Shown: positions 29,829-39,581, counted from the first letter of the stretch. The stretch is DNA of 64,000 bases from Acidobacteriota bacterium (GCA_965205505.1 CBDBHB010000008.1:1024001-1088000); one strand, 5' to 3'. Program-made: numbers and translations. Notes: generated by a model from the letters alone, not told the origin.

Positions 29829-29995
29829 AGTGTGGTGGGTCTGGCGACAGGGTCTGGCGAAGTGCAGGCAAGGAGAGAGGAGGAGGCGATGGGTACCCCA
29901 TCGTTGACGAGGAACGACGCAGCATACGCGCGCAACCCCCTGTCGCCCGAAGGGTTACGGCGATACCAGGGACGGGCCGTCGCGTCGCGTCGCGG

Positions 29996-31312
29996 TCAAC
30001 GTTGACGTCGCCGTAGCCGCGCCGAGCCGCGCCGACGGCGTCTGTGTCCCTGCGACCGCGCGGCGTCGCCGGATCGTGAGGGCGTGGTTCCGCCCCGCCC
30101 GCCGGCCCGGCGAGAAGGTCCGTGTCGATCGCCCGTGTCGAGGCGCTCTGCCTCGAAGCCCTCCACCGTGCGCCGTGGGATCGGGTTGCCGAGCTTACGC
30201 TCGGTGGCTCGAAGCCACGCCGTGTCATCGCGCGTTACGAAGGTCAGCGCCCGGCCCTCACGCTCCGCGCGCCCAGTACGACCGACGCGGTGCGTGTAGG
30301 CATCTGGCGTGTTCGGCACGTCGAAGTTGATGACGTACGAGACACCCTGCACGTCGATCCCGCGCGCCGCGATGTCGGTTGCAACCAGCACGTCGAAGGT
30401 TCGCTTCCTGAAGCCCTGCATGGCGCGCGATCGCTGCGACTGTGACATGTTGCCCTGTAGGCCTACGGCACGATGACCAGCCCGGTCGAGTTGCTGCGCC
30501 AGGCGGCGTGCCCGGTGCTTGGTGCGCGTGAAGACGATGGCCGACTCGCAGCCGTCTTCCTTCAGGATGCGCTCGAGTAGATCGCGCTTACGATCCTCGC
30601 GAACAGCCACCAAAGCGTGATCGACGGTCGTTGCCGGGCCCGAATGCGTCAGCTCGACGACGTGCGGATCCCGTAGCAGCACGTCGGCGAGCGCTCGAAT
30701 CTCTGCAGGCATGGTGGCAGAGAAAAGTAGGTTCTGTCGCTTCGGCGGCAACGCCGCCAGGATGCGTCGCAGGTCGGGCAGGAAGCCCATGTCGAACATG
30801 TGGTCGGCTTCGTCTAGCACGACGCTCTCGACCTCCCCGAGGTGGAGCACACCGCGCCCCATGAGATCGAGGATGCGGCCCGGACAGCCAACCACGAACT
30901 CTGGATGCCGACGCAGAGCCTGGATCTGACCATGAGCAGATACGCCGCCAAAGACGGTAACAACCCGCATCTGGGTAAAGCGCGCCAGCGCGCGAATCTC
31001 ATCGCCGATCTGTGTCGCCAGCTCGCGCGTTGGCGCCAGCACAAGCGCGCGCGGTCCGCGGCGTCGATCGCGGCCGAGGCGGTGCAGCAAGGGCAGCGCG
31101 AAGGCCGCCGTCTTGCCGGTACCAGTTTGGGCGAGGCCCAGCACATCGCGCCCCGCGAGGGCCGCGGGGATGGTGTCGGCCTGGATGGGTCGGGGCTCGA
31201 CAAAGCCCTCGGCGAGCACCCCTCGGAGGATGGAAGAATCGAAGCCGAACCGGTCGAAGCCGGCCGGAGAATCGGTCAGGTGTGAAGCCATAGTAATGAA
31301 CTGGGTCTCCAC
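29996..31312 (-). CDS. DEAD-box RNA helicase (RhlE-like)
   Basis: Q motif, AQTGTGKT, PTRELA, DEAD, SAT, ATDIAARGID, HRVGRTGRA, basic Arg/Gly tail. Confidence 0.95.
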   Translation of the reverse strand: METQFITMASHLTDSPAGFDRFGFDSSILRGVLAEGFVEPRPIQADTIPAALAGRDVLGLAQTGTGKTAAFALPLLHRLGRDRRRGPRALVLAPTRELATQIGDEIRALARFTQMRVVTVFGGVSAHGQIQALRRHPEFVVGCPGRILDLMGRGVLHLGEVESVVLDEADHMFDMGFLPDLRRILAALPPKRQNLLFSATMPAEIRALADVLLRDPHVVELTHSGPATTVDHALVAVREDRKRDLLERILKEDGCESAIVFTRTKHRARRLAQQLDRAGHRAVGLQGNMSQSQRSRAMQGFRKRTFDVLVATDIAARGIDVQGVSYVINFDVPNTPDAYTHRVGRTGRAEREGRALTFVTRDDTAWLRATERKLGNPIPRRTVEGFEAERLDTGDRHGPSRRAGGRGGTTPSRSGDAARSQGHRRRRRGSARLRRRQR

Positions 31313-31629
31313 CGTATCGGCGCACGTTTCGTGCGCACCAAGCGGTCGTTACGTTCCTGCCCGCACAACAGACGGGGGGGCAGATCGAACGATGGGCAGC
31401 GTGACCTCGGGAGGTAGTGGATGAGGTCCTGTTGTCGCCGCGAGTGGGTCAATGGACCCGCGTCACATCCAGGTGGCGCGACGCCGCCCCGCCCGCCACT
31501 CCGGGCTCCGGGCCGCCGAGCAGAGCCGCTGCAGCTGAAAGCCGACAGCGGATCTTAATAGGCGTTGAAGGCCATTCTAGCATCAACCTGTTCGGGCGGT
31601 CTCCGCATCGTAAGACCCGTCACACTTTC

Positions 31630-32313
31630 CTAGCAGCACCCTGGATCGTGCGAATCAGCGCGGCGGAGATCGCTCTTCTCCATCCGCTCTTCGGCCCATC
31701 GCTTCCAGCTCGACGATATCTGGGGTACCGAGAGGAGCCGCCCCGCATCGTCTCGGTCGCTTGTATAGATACGGAAGACATCGCCAACGGTCAGGTCATG
31801 GTCAGGCCGTTCGACGACTCGGATTTCGTCTCCGGCGCCCACGTCGCCCTCGACAGCGATCCGCAGGTAAGCACCCGGCCTACCGGCCTGAGAGAAGCGG
31901 CGGGGGAAACGCCTGTCCTCCATTCGCACACCGAGTCGCCAGCATGGGATACGTAGCTCCGTGACCTGCAGGACAGCATCCCCGATTTCCCAACGTTCTC
32001 CGACGAGCGCGCCGTTGACGTCGATACCTTCCGTCGTGAGGTTCTCGCCGAACTCGCCATACTCGAGCGAGCGCCCGAGATCCTCCTTCCACCACCGCAT
32101 GTCCTCGATAGCGTAGGCGTAGACTGCCTTGTCGGGCCCACCGTGCGCGGCGCGATCGGCCTGGTCGTCGCCCTCGAGATTTACCCCGCGAGCGGCTACA
32201 CGACCCGCGACCGGCGCCTTCCAGATCGCGCTGACGGCAGGGCGGCCATTGAAGTCGAACTCGCGGACACCACCGACGTTCACCGATAGAAGAGCACCTC
32301 GAGCGAGTACCAT
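31630..32313 (-). CDS. MOSC domain protein (YiiM-like)
   Basis: GDDQADRAAHGGPDKAVYAY, FGENLT, RIPCW, G.YLRI...G.V.AGD; GGAGG RBS. Confidence 0.9.
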   Translation of the reverse strand: MVLARGALLSVNVGGVREFDFNGRPAVSAIWKAPVAGRVAARGVNLEGDDQADRAAHGGPDKAVYAYAIEDMRWWKEDLGRSLEYGEFGENLTTEGIDVNGALVGERWEIGDAVLQVTELRIPCWRLGVRMEDRRFPRRFSQAGRPGAYLRIAVEGDVGAGDEIRVVERPDHDLTVGDVFRIYTSDRDDAGRLLSVPQISSSWKRWAEERMEKSDLRRADSHDPGCC

Positions 32314-32415
32314 TTCTTCCTCCGATCATGGTCGTCCAAACGACGCTACCTGGCTGGCCGGAAGGTTAGTCTGTGGACATCATTGCCGACAGATCGCTGC
32401 TCAGAAGCTTTCGCA

Positions 32416-33189
32416 TCAGACTCGCGCGTCAACGTAGTGAGTGGCCCAGGCGGCGAGCAGCTCGGCCGCATATCGGGCGTCCCGTTCCTTCGAAAGCAGA
32501 TGGTCAGCACCATCCAAGGAGATAAGGCTCTTGGGATGTCGAGCCACGTCGTAGATCCTGGCGGCGTGATCGATACTGACAACGGCGTCCGTCGGGGCGT
32601 GCATCACCAACAGCGCTCGATCCAGGGTGGCGATCGCTTCGTGAAGCTTGTGCGCCTTCAGGTCGTCCAGTAGCTGCTTCTTGATAGTAAAGGGCCTGCC
32701 GCCGAGCTCGACCTCGGCCTCATCGCTCTCCTCGAGGGCAGGCGCGATGCGCACCAGTGTCTCGCTCAGATGCCTTGTCTCGCTGGGTGCACCCACGGTG
32801 GCAACAGCGAGCACCTCCGGAACACGATGCGCAACGGCCAGCGCCGCCGCACCGCCGAGGCTGTGTTCGATCAGAATCTGCGGCGCGCGGTACCGCTGGC
32901 GCATGAAGTTGGCGGCCGCTACCAGGTCTTCGAGGTTGGAAGAGAAGTTTGTATCGGCGAAATCTCCTTCACTCTCACCCAGGCCTGTGAAGTCGAAACG
33001 CAGCACGCCGATACCGCGACACGCCAGCGTCTGACTGATCCAGCGAGCACCCTTGAGATCCTTTGAGCACGTGAAGCAGTGGGCAAACAGGGCATACGCC
33101 CGGGGCTCGTCGACGGAGCTGTCGAGGCGGGCAGCAAGCTGGACGCCGGAGGCCCCAGGAAACCTCAATAGCTCGTGCCGGGTACTCAA
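32416..33189 (-). CDS. Alpha/beta hydrolase (OsmC-associated N-terminal type)
   Basis: FAHCFTCSKD, RFDFTGLGESEG, HSLGG, HAPTD.VV, LDGADHLL; TTG start at 33189 with AAGGAG RBS; nucleophile elbow reads EHSLG. Confidence 0.85.
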   Translation of the reverse strand: MSTRHELLRFPGASGVQLAARLDSSVDEPRAYALFAHCFTCSKDLKGARWISQTLACRGIGVLRFDFTGLGESEGDFADTNFSSNLEDLVAAANFMRQRYRAPQILIEHSLGGAAALAVAHRVPEVLAVATVGAPSETRHLSETLVRIAPALEESDEAEVELGGRPFTIKKQLLDDLKAHKLHEAIATLDRALLVMHAPTDAVVSIDHAARIYDVARHPKSLISLDGADHLLSKERDARYAAELLAAWATHYVDARV

Positions 33190-33366
33190 ATCTGACGCTC
33201 CTTGCTTGATGCTCGGCCCGCGGCGATCCTCGCGGAGCTCCCGCACCCGTCGAGGTGCGACCTCCGCCGTAGAATCGCACCAACGGAGCCCACCGCGACC
33301 ATGATCAACTACCCTGGCGGAACAGATCCCGTAATCGGATCGATCTTTGCCATAGGACATTAGCGA

Positions 33367-34824
33367 ATGAGCGCCCTGATTTGTTCCAACAGAACTGTTC
33401 TCTCTCCCGGCCATCCGGTTCGCTGCTGGGCAACAGCAGTTTTGGCGGTTGTCCTGGCTGTGTCCTTGGGGGCGTGCTCGCGAGTCAGGCCCCACACCCA
33501 GCCTGACGCTTCGTCCCATCTGGAGACCATCTCCTTCGGCTCCTGCTGGCACGACGACACCGGGACCACCGGGCCGACAATCAGTCGCCTGGCCTCCCAG
33601 GATCCCGACCTGTTCTTGTGGCTCGGGGACAACGTCTACGCCGACACGACGGACATGGCCGAGATGCGCGACACCTACGACGCCAAGAAGAACGGCGCCA
33701 CCTATCGGCCTTTTCTTCAGGCGCGTATACCCGTGATGGCCACCTGGGACGATCACGATTTCGGTGAGAACAACGCCGGAGACAACTATTCCAGCCGCGC
33801 CGAAAGCCAATTGGAGTTCCTGCGCCATTTCGACGTGCCGACCGACGATGTCCGCTATGGCGTGCAAGACGGGGTCTACAACGCCACGTTGTTCGGGTCT
33901 GCAGCGCAGAGCAACCGGGTGAACGTGATCATGCTGGACGCCCGCTACCATCGCTCCCCGACCTTCCTCGAATACGGCGCCTGCCAGGGGGCCGTCTCCA
34001 CCATGCTGGGGAACGATCAGTGGTCGTGGCTAGAGCGACAGATGAGTGCGACCTCGGAGATCACTCTGATCGCCTCCGGCACGCAAGTGCTGCCGCCGCT
34101 CAACCGGGACAGAGCCCTGACGGACTATTGTGCGTACGGGGACGGTACGGAGTTCAACGCCGCCATCGCCAACCTCGACGAGACCAACGATTCGGGGACG
34201 GAGTACGAATCGTGGGCCGAGATGCCGGCAGAGCGGGAACGGTTGCTACGCCTGGCCCAGAAAGCCGTCAACACCGGCAAGACCAAGCTGGTGATTTTCG
34301 TCTCCGGGGATCAGCACTGGGGCGAGCTGCTGCAGAAGACGACGCCGCCCTCCGCCGCGGAGGGGCCGGCGGTGACTTTCTATGAAGTGACGGCGTCCGG
34401 GTTCGATCAGAACTTCCCAGAAGATGTGCCCAGCCCGAACCGCCTTCCGGTTTGGGCCGACACGCAGGGCAACGGAACGTACGACAACCGGTGCAAACTT
34501 CCGTTCAGCCATACGGGCACGACCTATGAAGGCTGCACCAGGGCAGACCGCACGGCGCCATGGTGCTACACGCAGTTGGACGCGAACGGGAACGGCGTCC
34601 CCGCCGCATGGGGCCATTGCGCGCCCGCCGGAGCGACGATTCCGACTGGTCAGGCAGGGGTGATCAGCAGCAACATTTCTGCCTACACAACGCAGGACCG
34701 ACACATCATCAACAAACCGGAATCGAAGTACGGCACCATCGAGATCGACTGGGTCACCAAGAAGGTGACCCTCAAGCTCGAAACCCCGACGGAGGTCGCC
34801 GTCTCGACGATCATTCCCTTCTAG
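33367..34824 (+). CDS. PhoD-family alkaline phosphatase lipoprotein with fibronectin type II insert
   Basis: LGAC lipobox; FGSC, WLGDNVYAD, TWDDHDFG.N, LDARYHR, LGNDQW.WL, ESW, SGDQH, YEVTASG; four-Cys insert at 34492-34620. Confidence 0.9.
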   Translation: MSALICSNRTVLSPGHPVRCWATAVLAVVLAVSLGACSRVRPHTQPDASSHLETISFGSCWHDDTGTTGPTISRLASQDPDLFLWLGDNVYADTTDMAEMRDTYDAKKNGATYRPFLQARIPVMATWDDHDFGENNAGDNYSSRAESQLEFLRHFDVPTDDVRYGVQDGVYNATLFGSAAQSNRVNVIMLDARYHRSPTFLEYGACQGAVSTMLGNDQWSWLERQMSATSEITLIASGTQVLPPLNRDRALTDYCAYGDGTEFNAAIANLDETNDSGTEYESWAEMPAERERLLRLAQKAVNTGKTKLVIFVSGDQHWGELLQKTTPPSAAEGPAVTFYEVTASGFDQNFPEDVPSPNRLPVWADTQGNGTYDNRCKLPFSHTGTTYEGCTRADRTAPWCYTQLDANGNGVPAAWGHCAPAGATIPTGQAGVISSNISAYTTQDRHIINKPESKYGTIEIDWVTKKVTLKLETPTEVAVSTIIPF

Positions 34825-34906
34825 CAGGCTCTAGCAGGCCGCGCCGACCAGATGATGTAGACGCTGTACTATCGTCGCAACGCCAACCACAACTCGGGGA
34901 CACATC

Positions 34907-35041
34907 GTGCTCGTACCGATGATGATCGCGCTGGTCACCGTCATCCTGGCCTTGGGGCTCGCCTTCGTGCTGGCTAAACGGGCGCGCCGGCAAGCCAGGG
35001 CCGTGCTCTCTGGTGAGCACGGCCCGTCGGAAGGCACCTGA
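34907..35041 (+). CDS. Small single-pass membrane protein (44 aa), not in ORF track
   Basis: GGGGA then GTG; MLVPMMIALVTVILALGLAFVLAKRARRQAR... = one TM helix followed by a basic patch; overlaps the next gene start. Confidence 0.5.
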   Translation: MLVPMMIALVTVILALGLAFVLAKRARRQARAVLSGEHGPSEGT

Positions 35042-36659
35042 GGTGCGCGCCGTGGGAGATCTAGCTCCGAGCTTTGCGTTGTCGCGAGCCGGAGGAGAAC
35101 GCTGGAGCTCGGACAGCGAGACCGCTAGGGGCCCGGTACTGCTGGCGATTCTCGAGACCGACTGCCCGACCTGCAGGCTGGTCGTGCCGTACTTGAAGCG
35201 CCTCGACGAGACACTCGGCTCGAACCCCGGACGCGTCATCGCGATCTCCCAGGATCCGGAAGACGACACCCGGCAGATGGTCGAGAGTCTGCACATCGAG
35301 CTGCCGACGTTGCTCGATCGTGACCTCGAGGTGTCGCGTCTCTTCGAACTATCCAGCGTGCCCGCACTAATCCTCATAGGCACTGACGGACGTATCGAGT
35401 TCACCGGCATGGGATTCCACAAAGGCGACCTCAACGAGATCGCCGCCCGCATGCTCGTGGCGCTGAACCTCGAGCCCCAGACGATCGCCGAGCCGAACGA
35501 CGGCGCGCCGGAAAGCAAGCCCGGTTGCGCTTCACGGCATCTCGAGCCCCCGGTGGACATCACACTCGACCGTGCGGCTCCCATCGATCTACGCCCAGAG
35601 ACGGGAGCTCGCGCCACGCGCATCGCCGTCGACGACGATACCGATTTGTACGACTATTGCATGGAGGCTGGGTTCTCTCCGTGCCTTCCGGTTGTTCCGC
35701 CAACGGCCGCTCGGGTCGATCGCCTACTGGCAGCAACACCGCTGTCCCCCGACCAGGTGGTCGGCTTGATTCCGCCGTGCTACGGAGCGGCCACCGTCGA
35801 GAAGATCGCCGCCAACGCGGTGATGGCCGGTTGCCGGCCAGCGTACATGGAGGTACTGGTGCCGCTAGTACGCGCCGCCTGTGACGAGCGCTTCAACCTT
35901 CACGGCTTGCAGGCGACGACGCATTCGGCAACGCCGCTGACGATCATCAGTGGAGAAATCGTCAAGCGCCTCGGGTTCGGCAGCGGAGCGGGGCTGTTCG
36001 GCAATACCGCCCGAGCGAACAGTTCTGTCGGCCGCGCGTTTCAGCTGCTGATCGCAAATCTCGGAGGCGCGCTGCCGGGCGAGATCGATATGTCGACGCT
36101 CGGGAATCCGGGACAGTTCTCCTATTGCATCGCCGAAGATGAGGCCGCGAACCCGTGGGAGCCCCTGCACGTCGAGCTCGGGTTCGGACCGCAGGACAGC
36201 ACGATCACGCTGTTCGGAGCGGCCGGGATTCAAGAGGTCAGCGAGCATACGGCGCGGGCGGGCGCCTCGCTCCTGCGGACAATTGCCGCGGCGCTCGCGG
36301 TGGTCTGGAGCTGGCGTGTATGCGGACGGGTCGATGCGGTGCTGATCGTCTCTCCGGAACACGCCGCAACACTGGCGACCAATGGCTTCTCGAAAGCGAG
36401 CGCGCGCGAGTTCTTGTTCGAGCATACCGGTGTGCCGCTGCGGGCATTCGATCACGATGGCACGGAGGGAACGCAGATTCGCCACACCTACGAAGAGATC
36501 GTGATCGACGGCGAGCCGCACTACCGCAAGTTCAGCGACCCGAGCCAGATTCGAATCGTCGTCGCCGGCGGCACCGCCGGTAAGTTCTCCGCGGTGATCG
36601 GCGGCTGGCCGTCGGGCCCCGGCGGCACTCAGATCGTTACTTACCCGGTCGCGTGGTGA
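35013..36659 (+). CDS. Redoxin (CPTC) fused to a UGSC-partner-type domain
   Basis: N-terminal AhpC/TSA fold with CPTC and VP; KPGCAS linker; LPVVPPT..RV, ATVEKIAANAVMAGC, RAN..VGRA..L, PG..D.STLG.PG. Confidence 0.8.
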   Translation: MSTARRKAPEVRAVGDLAPSFALSRAGGERWSSDSETARGPVLLAILETDCPTCRLVVPYLKRLDETLGSNPGRVIAISQDPEDDTRQMVESLHIELPTLLDRDLEVSRLFELSSVPALILIGTDGRIEFTGMGFHKGDLNEIAARMLVALNLEPQTIAEPNDGAPESKPGCASRHLEPPVDITLDRAAPIDLRPETGARATRIAVDDDTDLYDYCMEAGFSPCLPVVPPTAARVDRLLAATPLSPDQVVGLIPPCYGAATVEKIAANAVMAGCRPAYMEVLVPLVRAACDERFNLHGLQATTHSATPLTIISGEIVKRLGFGSGAGLFGNTARANSSVGRAFQLLIANLGGALPGEIDMSTLGNPGQFSYCIAEDEAANPWEPLHVELGFGPQDSTITLFGAAGIQEVSEHTARAGASLLRTIAAALAVVWSWRVCGRVDAVLIVSPEHAATLATNGFSKASAREFLFEHTGVPLRAFDHDGTEGTQIRHTYEEIVIDGEPHYRKFSDPSQIRIVVAGGTAGKFSAVIGGWPSGPGGTQIVTYPVAW

Positions 36660-36693
36660 GACCATTCCCCGGCCATTTCATTGGAGCCCTGTC

Positions 36694-37230
36694 ATGTCAG
36701 AGATCCTGGTAAGTCCACTCGACGAGGCGGCACAAAGCCCTCAGGCGGCGGCGCCGCGTCTCGACCAGCTGAAGGGCAAGACGATCGCGCTCTTCGACAT
36801 CAGCAAGCGCGGCGGCAGCGTGCTTCTGGAGCGGTTGGAGCAGCTGCTGCGCGAACGCCACGGCGTGGTGGATTTCGTACGAGAGACCAAGCCAACCTAC
36901 ACGAAGCCCGCCCCGGAGGAGCTCCTGGAGCGACTCGGCCTTGCCGACGGAGTCATCGAGGCACTGGCCGACTGAGGGTCGTGCACAACGTGCAGTTTGC
37001 ACGACAGCGTCGCGCTCGAGAGCCGAGGTGTTCCCACGGTTCCCATCGTCACAGACGAGTTCCGAGTGGCCGCCCGCATCCAGGCGAGCCGGCTGGGGCG
37101 CCCCGATCTCGATGCGGTATTCGTACCCCATCCGATCCAGGATCAAACTGCAGAAGAGATCCAGGCACGGGCAGAAGCGGTGGTCGACGAGATCGTGGCT
37201 CGACTCACCGCCCCGGGCGTCGAGACCTGA
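36694..37230 (+). CDS. UGSC-family selenoprotein; Sec TGA at 36973-36975
   Basis: ORFs 36694..36975 and 36997..37230 are in one frame and read VIEALAD-(TGA)-GSCTTCSLHD..LESRGVPTV; stem-loop immediately after the TGA; GGAG RBS. Confidence 0.9.
36976..37005 (+). promoter_or_regulatory. Candidate bacterial SECIS element
   Basis: GTCGTGCA (36978-36985) pairs with TGCACGAC (36998-37005); bulged C, AAC/GTT upper stem, G-initiated loop. Confidence 0.65.
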
Positions 37231-38208
37231 TCACAAGCCCAGCAGCCGCCGCGCGTTGCCCCCGAGAAGCGCAGCACGGTCGGACTCCGAGACCTGCAGC
37301 GCAGCAATCGACGTTTTCATCTTCTCCAGGCTGCCGATCATGTGGGGATAGTCACTGCCGGCAACGACCTGGCCGGGTCCGGAGAATTCGATGGTCAGCT
37401 GCAGGCACGCCGGATCGAAGTTGACCGTGTCGTAGTAGAAGTCTTTCAGATACTCGCTTGGGAGCTTGCGCAGGTTCTCCCGGCAGCGGCGGAAGGCCTC
37501 GTAGCCGCGGTCGAGTCGTTCGGCAAGAAACGGGATTGCCCCGCCGTTGTGGCACAGCACCCAGCGGATGTTCGGGAACCTCTCCGGTACCCCGGCGAAG
37601 ACCAAATGCGCTGCCGCCAACGTGGTGTCGAAGAGGAATCCCACCAACGGCATGAGCATGAACTCTTCCATCGCCTCGACGCCGAGCGGGTATGTGGGGT
37701 GGATGTAAACGACGGCACCGCTGTCGTTGGCGCGCTCGTACAACGGCCAGAAGCGCTCATCCAACAACGCTACTCCGCTGGCGTTGCTGTAGAGCATCAC
37801 GCCCGGGAGCTCGAGTTGCTCGAGGAGGCGCTCGAGCTCTCGTGCGGCAGCATCAGGGTTGTTGAGCGGCAGGTGCCCCAGCGCTGCGAAACGATCGGGC
37901 TGCGCCGCCACGGCTTCGGCCAGTCCGTCGTTGATCACCGCCGCCAGCTCGGCGGCTCGCTGCGGCGACTCGATGCTGGTTCCGGGGGCAGTGAAGCTGA
38001 GCACCTGCTTGTCGACGCCGGCGTCATCGAGGACACGACGGCGATAGTCGATGTCGCGGTGGCCGAGCACGAGTACGTTGTAGTCGCCAGGCGAGTGCAA
38101 CACAGGGTTGCCGTGGTCGTCGGTGGTGATGCGGAAACTGCTGGGCCCGGCCTTGATCGCCTCGACATAGTCGGGTGGGAAGTAATGGTTGTGGAAGTCG
38201 ATGATCAT
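37231..38208 (-). CDS. Amidohydrolase_2 family protein (ACMSD-like decarboxylase/hydrolase)
   Basis: IDFHNH, YIHP, H.GGAIPFL..R, FYYDT, GSDYPH; ATGA overlap with the permease stop. Confidence 0.9.
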   Translation of the reverse strand: MIIDFHNHYFPPDYVEAIKAGPSSFRITTDDHGNPVLHSPGDYNVLVLGHRDIDYRRRVLDDAGVDKQVLSFTAPGTSIESPQRAAELAAVINDGLAEAVAAQPDRFAALGHLPLNNPDAAARELERLLEQLELPGVMLYSNASGVALLDERFWPLYERANDSGAVVYIHPTYPLGVEAMEEFMLMPLVGFLFDTTLAAAHLVFAGVPERFPNIRWVLCHNGGAIPFLAERLDRGYEAFRRCRENLRKLPSEYLKDFYYDTVNFDPACLQLTIEFSGPGQVVAGSDYPHMIGSLEKMKTSIAALQVSESDRAALLGGNARRLLGL

Positions 38209-39581
38209 GCGGATCTCGCTGAAGAAGACAGAGTTGTCCAGACCATATACACAGGCAGACCGGCCACGACGATGCCGAGCCCCGACAGGCTTCCGGCAGT
38301 ATCGTTGACGATGTGGTTGATGACGATGGCGAACGCGGCGAGCGCGAAGGCGATCGGTGTGAACGGATACCCGACGAGGCGATACGCGGGTAACGGCGCC
38401 GCAGATACTCGCAGCTTGATCAAGCCCAGCGCCATGACACCGAAGAATATCCACTCCGTGTAAACAACGCGCGTGAACAATGCTCGATACGTTCCCGTAA
38501 GCACCAGTGCCGACGACCACAACGCCTGCACGATGATGGCTCGATGAGGCGTGCGGAATCGCGAGTGCACCTTCCCGACCCAACCGAACAAGAGACCGTC
38601 CCGCGCCATCGCGTAGTAGACCCGCGGACCCGAAAGAACGATTCCAGAAAGGGCTCCGAAGGTCGAGAACAGCACCAGTGCGGTCATCGCCTTGCCGCCC
38701 CGGTCGCCGAGCACGGTGGCGGCTGCATCGGCTGCGATTCGCTGCGACTGGATCACCGTGTCGAGGGGTAGCAGGTAGAAATACATACCGTTGAGAGCGA
38801 TGTAGCAGGTAGTAACGACAGCCACGCCCCAGAAGAGAGCACGGGGAATCGTGGTGTGTGGCTCGATCGTCTCCTCGGCGTTGTAGCTCACCATGTGCCA
38901 GCCGCCGAAGGCGAACAGCGCCGCCGATACGGCGAGGGCAAAATCGGACAGACTGCCGCCGCCCAGGATCGCGAAGCCCTGAGCAGCAACTCCGCTCACG
39001 CCGGAATCGATCGCCGCGCCGGCGTCGACCGCGTCCTGCGATGCTGGTTGCCCCAACGCCAGCCCGACGATGACGATCAAGACGATCGCAGCCACTTTGA
39101 CCAGGGTAAACGCGGCCTGGAGATTGCTACCGTGCCGCACGCCGCGGTAGTTGACAGCCGACAACACCAGGATGGTCGCTACCGCCACCATCCGCGTCGA
39201 GGTGTCGTCGAGCGGCACGACGAAGCCCGCGTAGGAAGCGAACACCATGGCCAGGGCAGCAATGATCCCGGAGTGCATGACCCAGAACATCGCCCAGCCC
39301 CAGAGAAAGCCGAGCCAGTCACCAAATTGCCTGCGCAGGTAGACGTAGACTCCCCCGCTCGCCGGCATCGAAGATGCCAACTCGGCGATGACCAAAGCGC
39401 CGAACATGGTGAGCACGCCGGCGGTCAGCCAGACCAGCGCCGCGCCGGCCATCGACGGCACCTGCCCGATGACCTCGGATGGCTGTACGAAGATCGAGGC
39501 ACCGATGATCGTGCCGACAACCATGGCAATGGCGTGTCGCAGCCCGATGGCGCGATGGAGCCCTGTCCCTGGCGCGCTCAT
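38205..39581 (-). CDS. APC-family amino acid permease
   Basis: VGTIIGASIF, AEL.S..P..GG.Y.Y, FAFGGW, PRVYYAMARDG, TP; about 12 TM helices. Confidence 0.93.
   Translation of the reverse strand: MSAPGTGLHRAIGLRHAIAMVVGTIIGASIFVQPSEVIGQVPSMAGAALVWLTAGVLTMFGALVIAELASSMPASGGVYVYLRRQFGDWLGFLWGWAMFWVMHSGIIAALAMVFASYAGFVVPLDDTSTRMVAVATILVLSAVNYRGVRHGSNLQAAFTLVKVAAIVLIVIVGLALGQPASQDAVDAGAAIDSGVSGVAAQGFAILGGGSLSDFALAVSAALFAFGGWHMVSYNAEETIEPHTTIPRALFWGVAVVTTCYIALNGMYFYLLPLDTVIQSQRIAADAAATVLGDRGGKAMTALVLFSTFGALSGIVLSGPRVYYAMARDGLLFGWVGKVHSRFRTPHRAIIVQALWSSALVLTGTYRALFTRVVYTEWIFFGVMALGLIKLRVSAAPLPAYRLVGYPFTPIAFALAAFAIVINHIVNDTAGSLSGLGIVVAGLPVYMVWTTLSSSARSA

Noticed and set aside
32416-33951. 511-aa ORF as a single protein
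   Set aside because: The N-terminal half is antisense to PhoD; the hydrolase begins at TTG 33189 with its own RBS.
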